DNA from: Ramazzottius varieornatus | Taxonomy: Eukaryota; Animalia; Tardigrada | Assembly (NCBI GenBank): GCA_001949185.1 | Contig: BDGG01000009.1 | Span: 1,477,624-1,541,623 of the forward strand | Length of the DNA stretch: 64,000 nucleotides | Reading direction: 5' to 3' | Part shown: one piece after another, positions 63,901 to 64,000 of the stretch | Position numbering within the stretch: position 1 is the stretch's first letter | Layout of the letters: every line of letters starts with the position of its first letter | Notes under the pieces: model-generated | What the model saw: only the letters and a program-made list of their open reading frames with translations | Databases searched by the model: none | What the model was told of the DNA's origin: nothing | Made by a program: the position numbers and the translations under genes

Positions 63901-64000
63901 CGTATCACAGACACCATCGTTCCATCTAAACGGAGAGGTTAGCTGCCTTACCAATGAATCTGGCCACTAAGGCCGGGCTTATCCGGTTCAGCGAGTCCAG
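57980..64000 (-). CDS. CAND1: cullin-associated NEDD8-dissociated protein 1, 3' part (gene starts beyond the window)
   Basis: [109 protein letters not shown]. Confidence 0.95.
58202..58256 (-). ncRNA. pre-miRNA-like intronic hairpin (family member 2)
   Basis: Minus strand CAACTGCATATATGGGCCGCTG...CAATGGTCTGCTGTATGCAGGTG; ~20-bp stem with about five sense-strand G-U pairs; last CAND1 intron. Confidence 0.55.
58288..58338 (-). ncRNA. pre-miRNA-like intronic hairpin (family member 3)
   Basis: Minus strand CGCCTGCATACGTC...GATGTATGCAGGTG; 14-bp plus 5-bp stems with sense-strand G-U pairs. Confidence 0.55.
59563..60398. mobile_element. long-TIR DNA transposon (TGT...ACA ends, 5-bp TSD TTTGC), interior lost in an assembly gap
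   Basis: 59563-59933 is the reverse complement of 60028-60398 (371 bp); flanked by TTTGC at 59558-59562 and 60399-60403. Confidence 0.75.
59978..60027. other. assembly gap (50 N)
   Basis: Run of N. Confidence 1.
60658..60725 (-). ncRNA. box C/D snoRNA family B, copy 1
   Basis: C box ATGATGA, guide GCTCACATTCCCTG, D' CTTA, C' GATGATT, D box CTGA; ~76 nt upstream of a CAND1 3' splice site; paralogue at 62116. Confidence 0.75.
61551..61706 (-). ncRNA. H/ACA-like snoRNA, copy 1
   Basis: 5' hairpin GCAC...GTGC, H box AGATGA, short inserted hairpin, 3' hairpin TCCGATC...GAACGGA followed by ACA; paralogue at 63419. Confidence 0.6.
62116..62183 (-). ncRNA. box C/D snoRNA family B, copy 2
   Basis: ATGATGA...AGCTCACATTCCCTG CTTA...GATGATT...CTGA; ~81 nt from the 3' splice site. 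Confidence 0.75.
62716..62767 (-). ncRNA. box C/D snoRNA, U21/SNORD21-like, copy 1
   Basis: C-like ATGATGG, guide GTTTCAAGACGGG antisense to 28S CCCGUCUUGAAAC, D' CTGA, C' ATGATG, D CTGA; ~78 nt from the 3' splice site. Confidence 0.8.
63419..63577 (-). ncRNA. H/ACA-like snoRNA, copy 2
   Basis: GCACAT...GTGTGC stem, AAAAGTGA hinge, TCCGATC/GATCGGA stem then ACA; three sequence blocks shared with copy 1. Confidence 0.6.
63837..63891 (-). ncRNA. box C/D snoRNA, U21/SNORD21-like, copy 2
   Basis: Near-identical to 62716-62767; ~86 nt from the 3' splice site. Confidence 0.8.

Noticed and set aside
1-64000. CRISPR arrays, tRNA/rRNA genes, prokaryotic operons, obvious horizontally transferred genes
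   Set aside because: None seen; nearly all genes are intron-containing and all belong to ordinary animal families. The Maf gene has several introns and Maf domains occur in animals.

Overview
Gene-dense eukaryotic (animal, probably ecdysozoan) DNA with mostly ~55-80 nt GT-AG introns and short intergenic spacers. This architecture would fit a compact genome such as a tardigrade's, but that assignment is inference only. About 25 spliced protein-coding genes can be reconstructed: EHMT/G9a-like, an EF-hand/PPP phosphatase, a small EF-hand protein, a HS2ST/UST-like sulfotransferase, VDAC, ANAPC2, a short RPN2, SPTLC1, MFF, basigin, NAA30, a sigma GST, two Mpv17/PMP22 paralogues, FAM162, GCHFR, a Maf protein, an NPF-like neuropeptide, FAAH2, NDUFA9, ANKRD49, MKS1, CKS1, beta-hexosaminidase and the 3' part of CAND1. 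The most interesting signal is non-coding and sits in the few long introns. CAND1 introns carry three snoRNA-like families, each in two copies: a U21/SNORD21-like C/D RNA, a second C/D RNA antisense to the 28S peptidyl-transferase region, and an atypical H/ACA RNA. CAND1 also carries two pre-miRNA-like hairpins and a long-TIR TG...CA transposon with a 5-bp TSD that spans an assembly gap. A third hairpin of the same family (shared 3' 12-mer UGUAUGCAGGUG) lies 50 kb away in a phosphatase intron. Exon boundaries were inferred by eye and are approximate.
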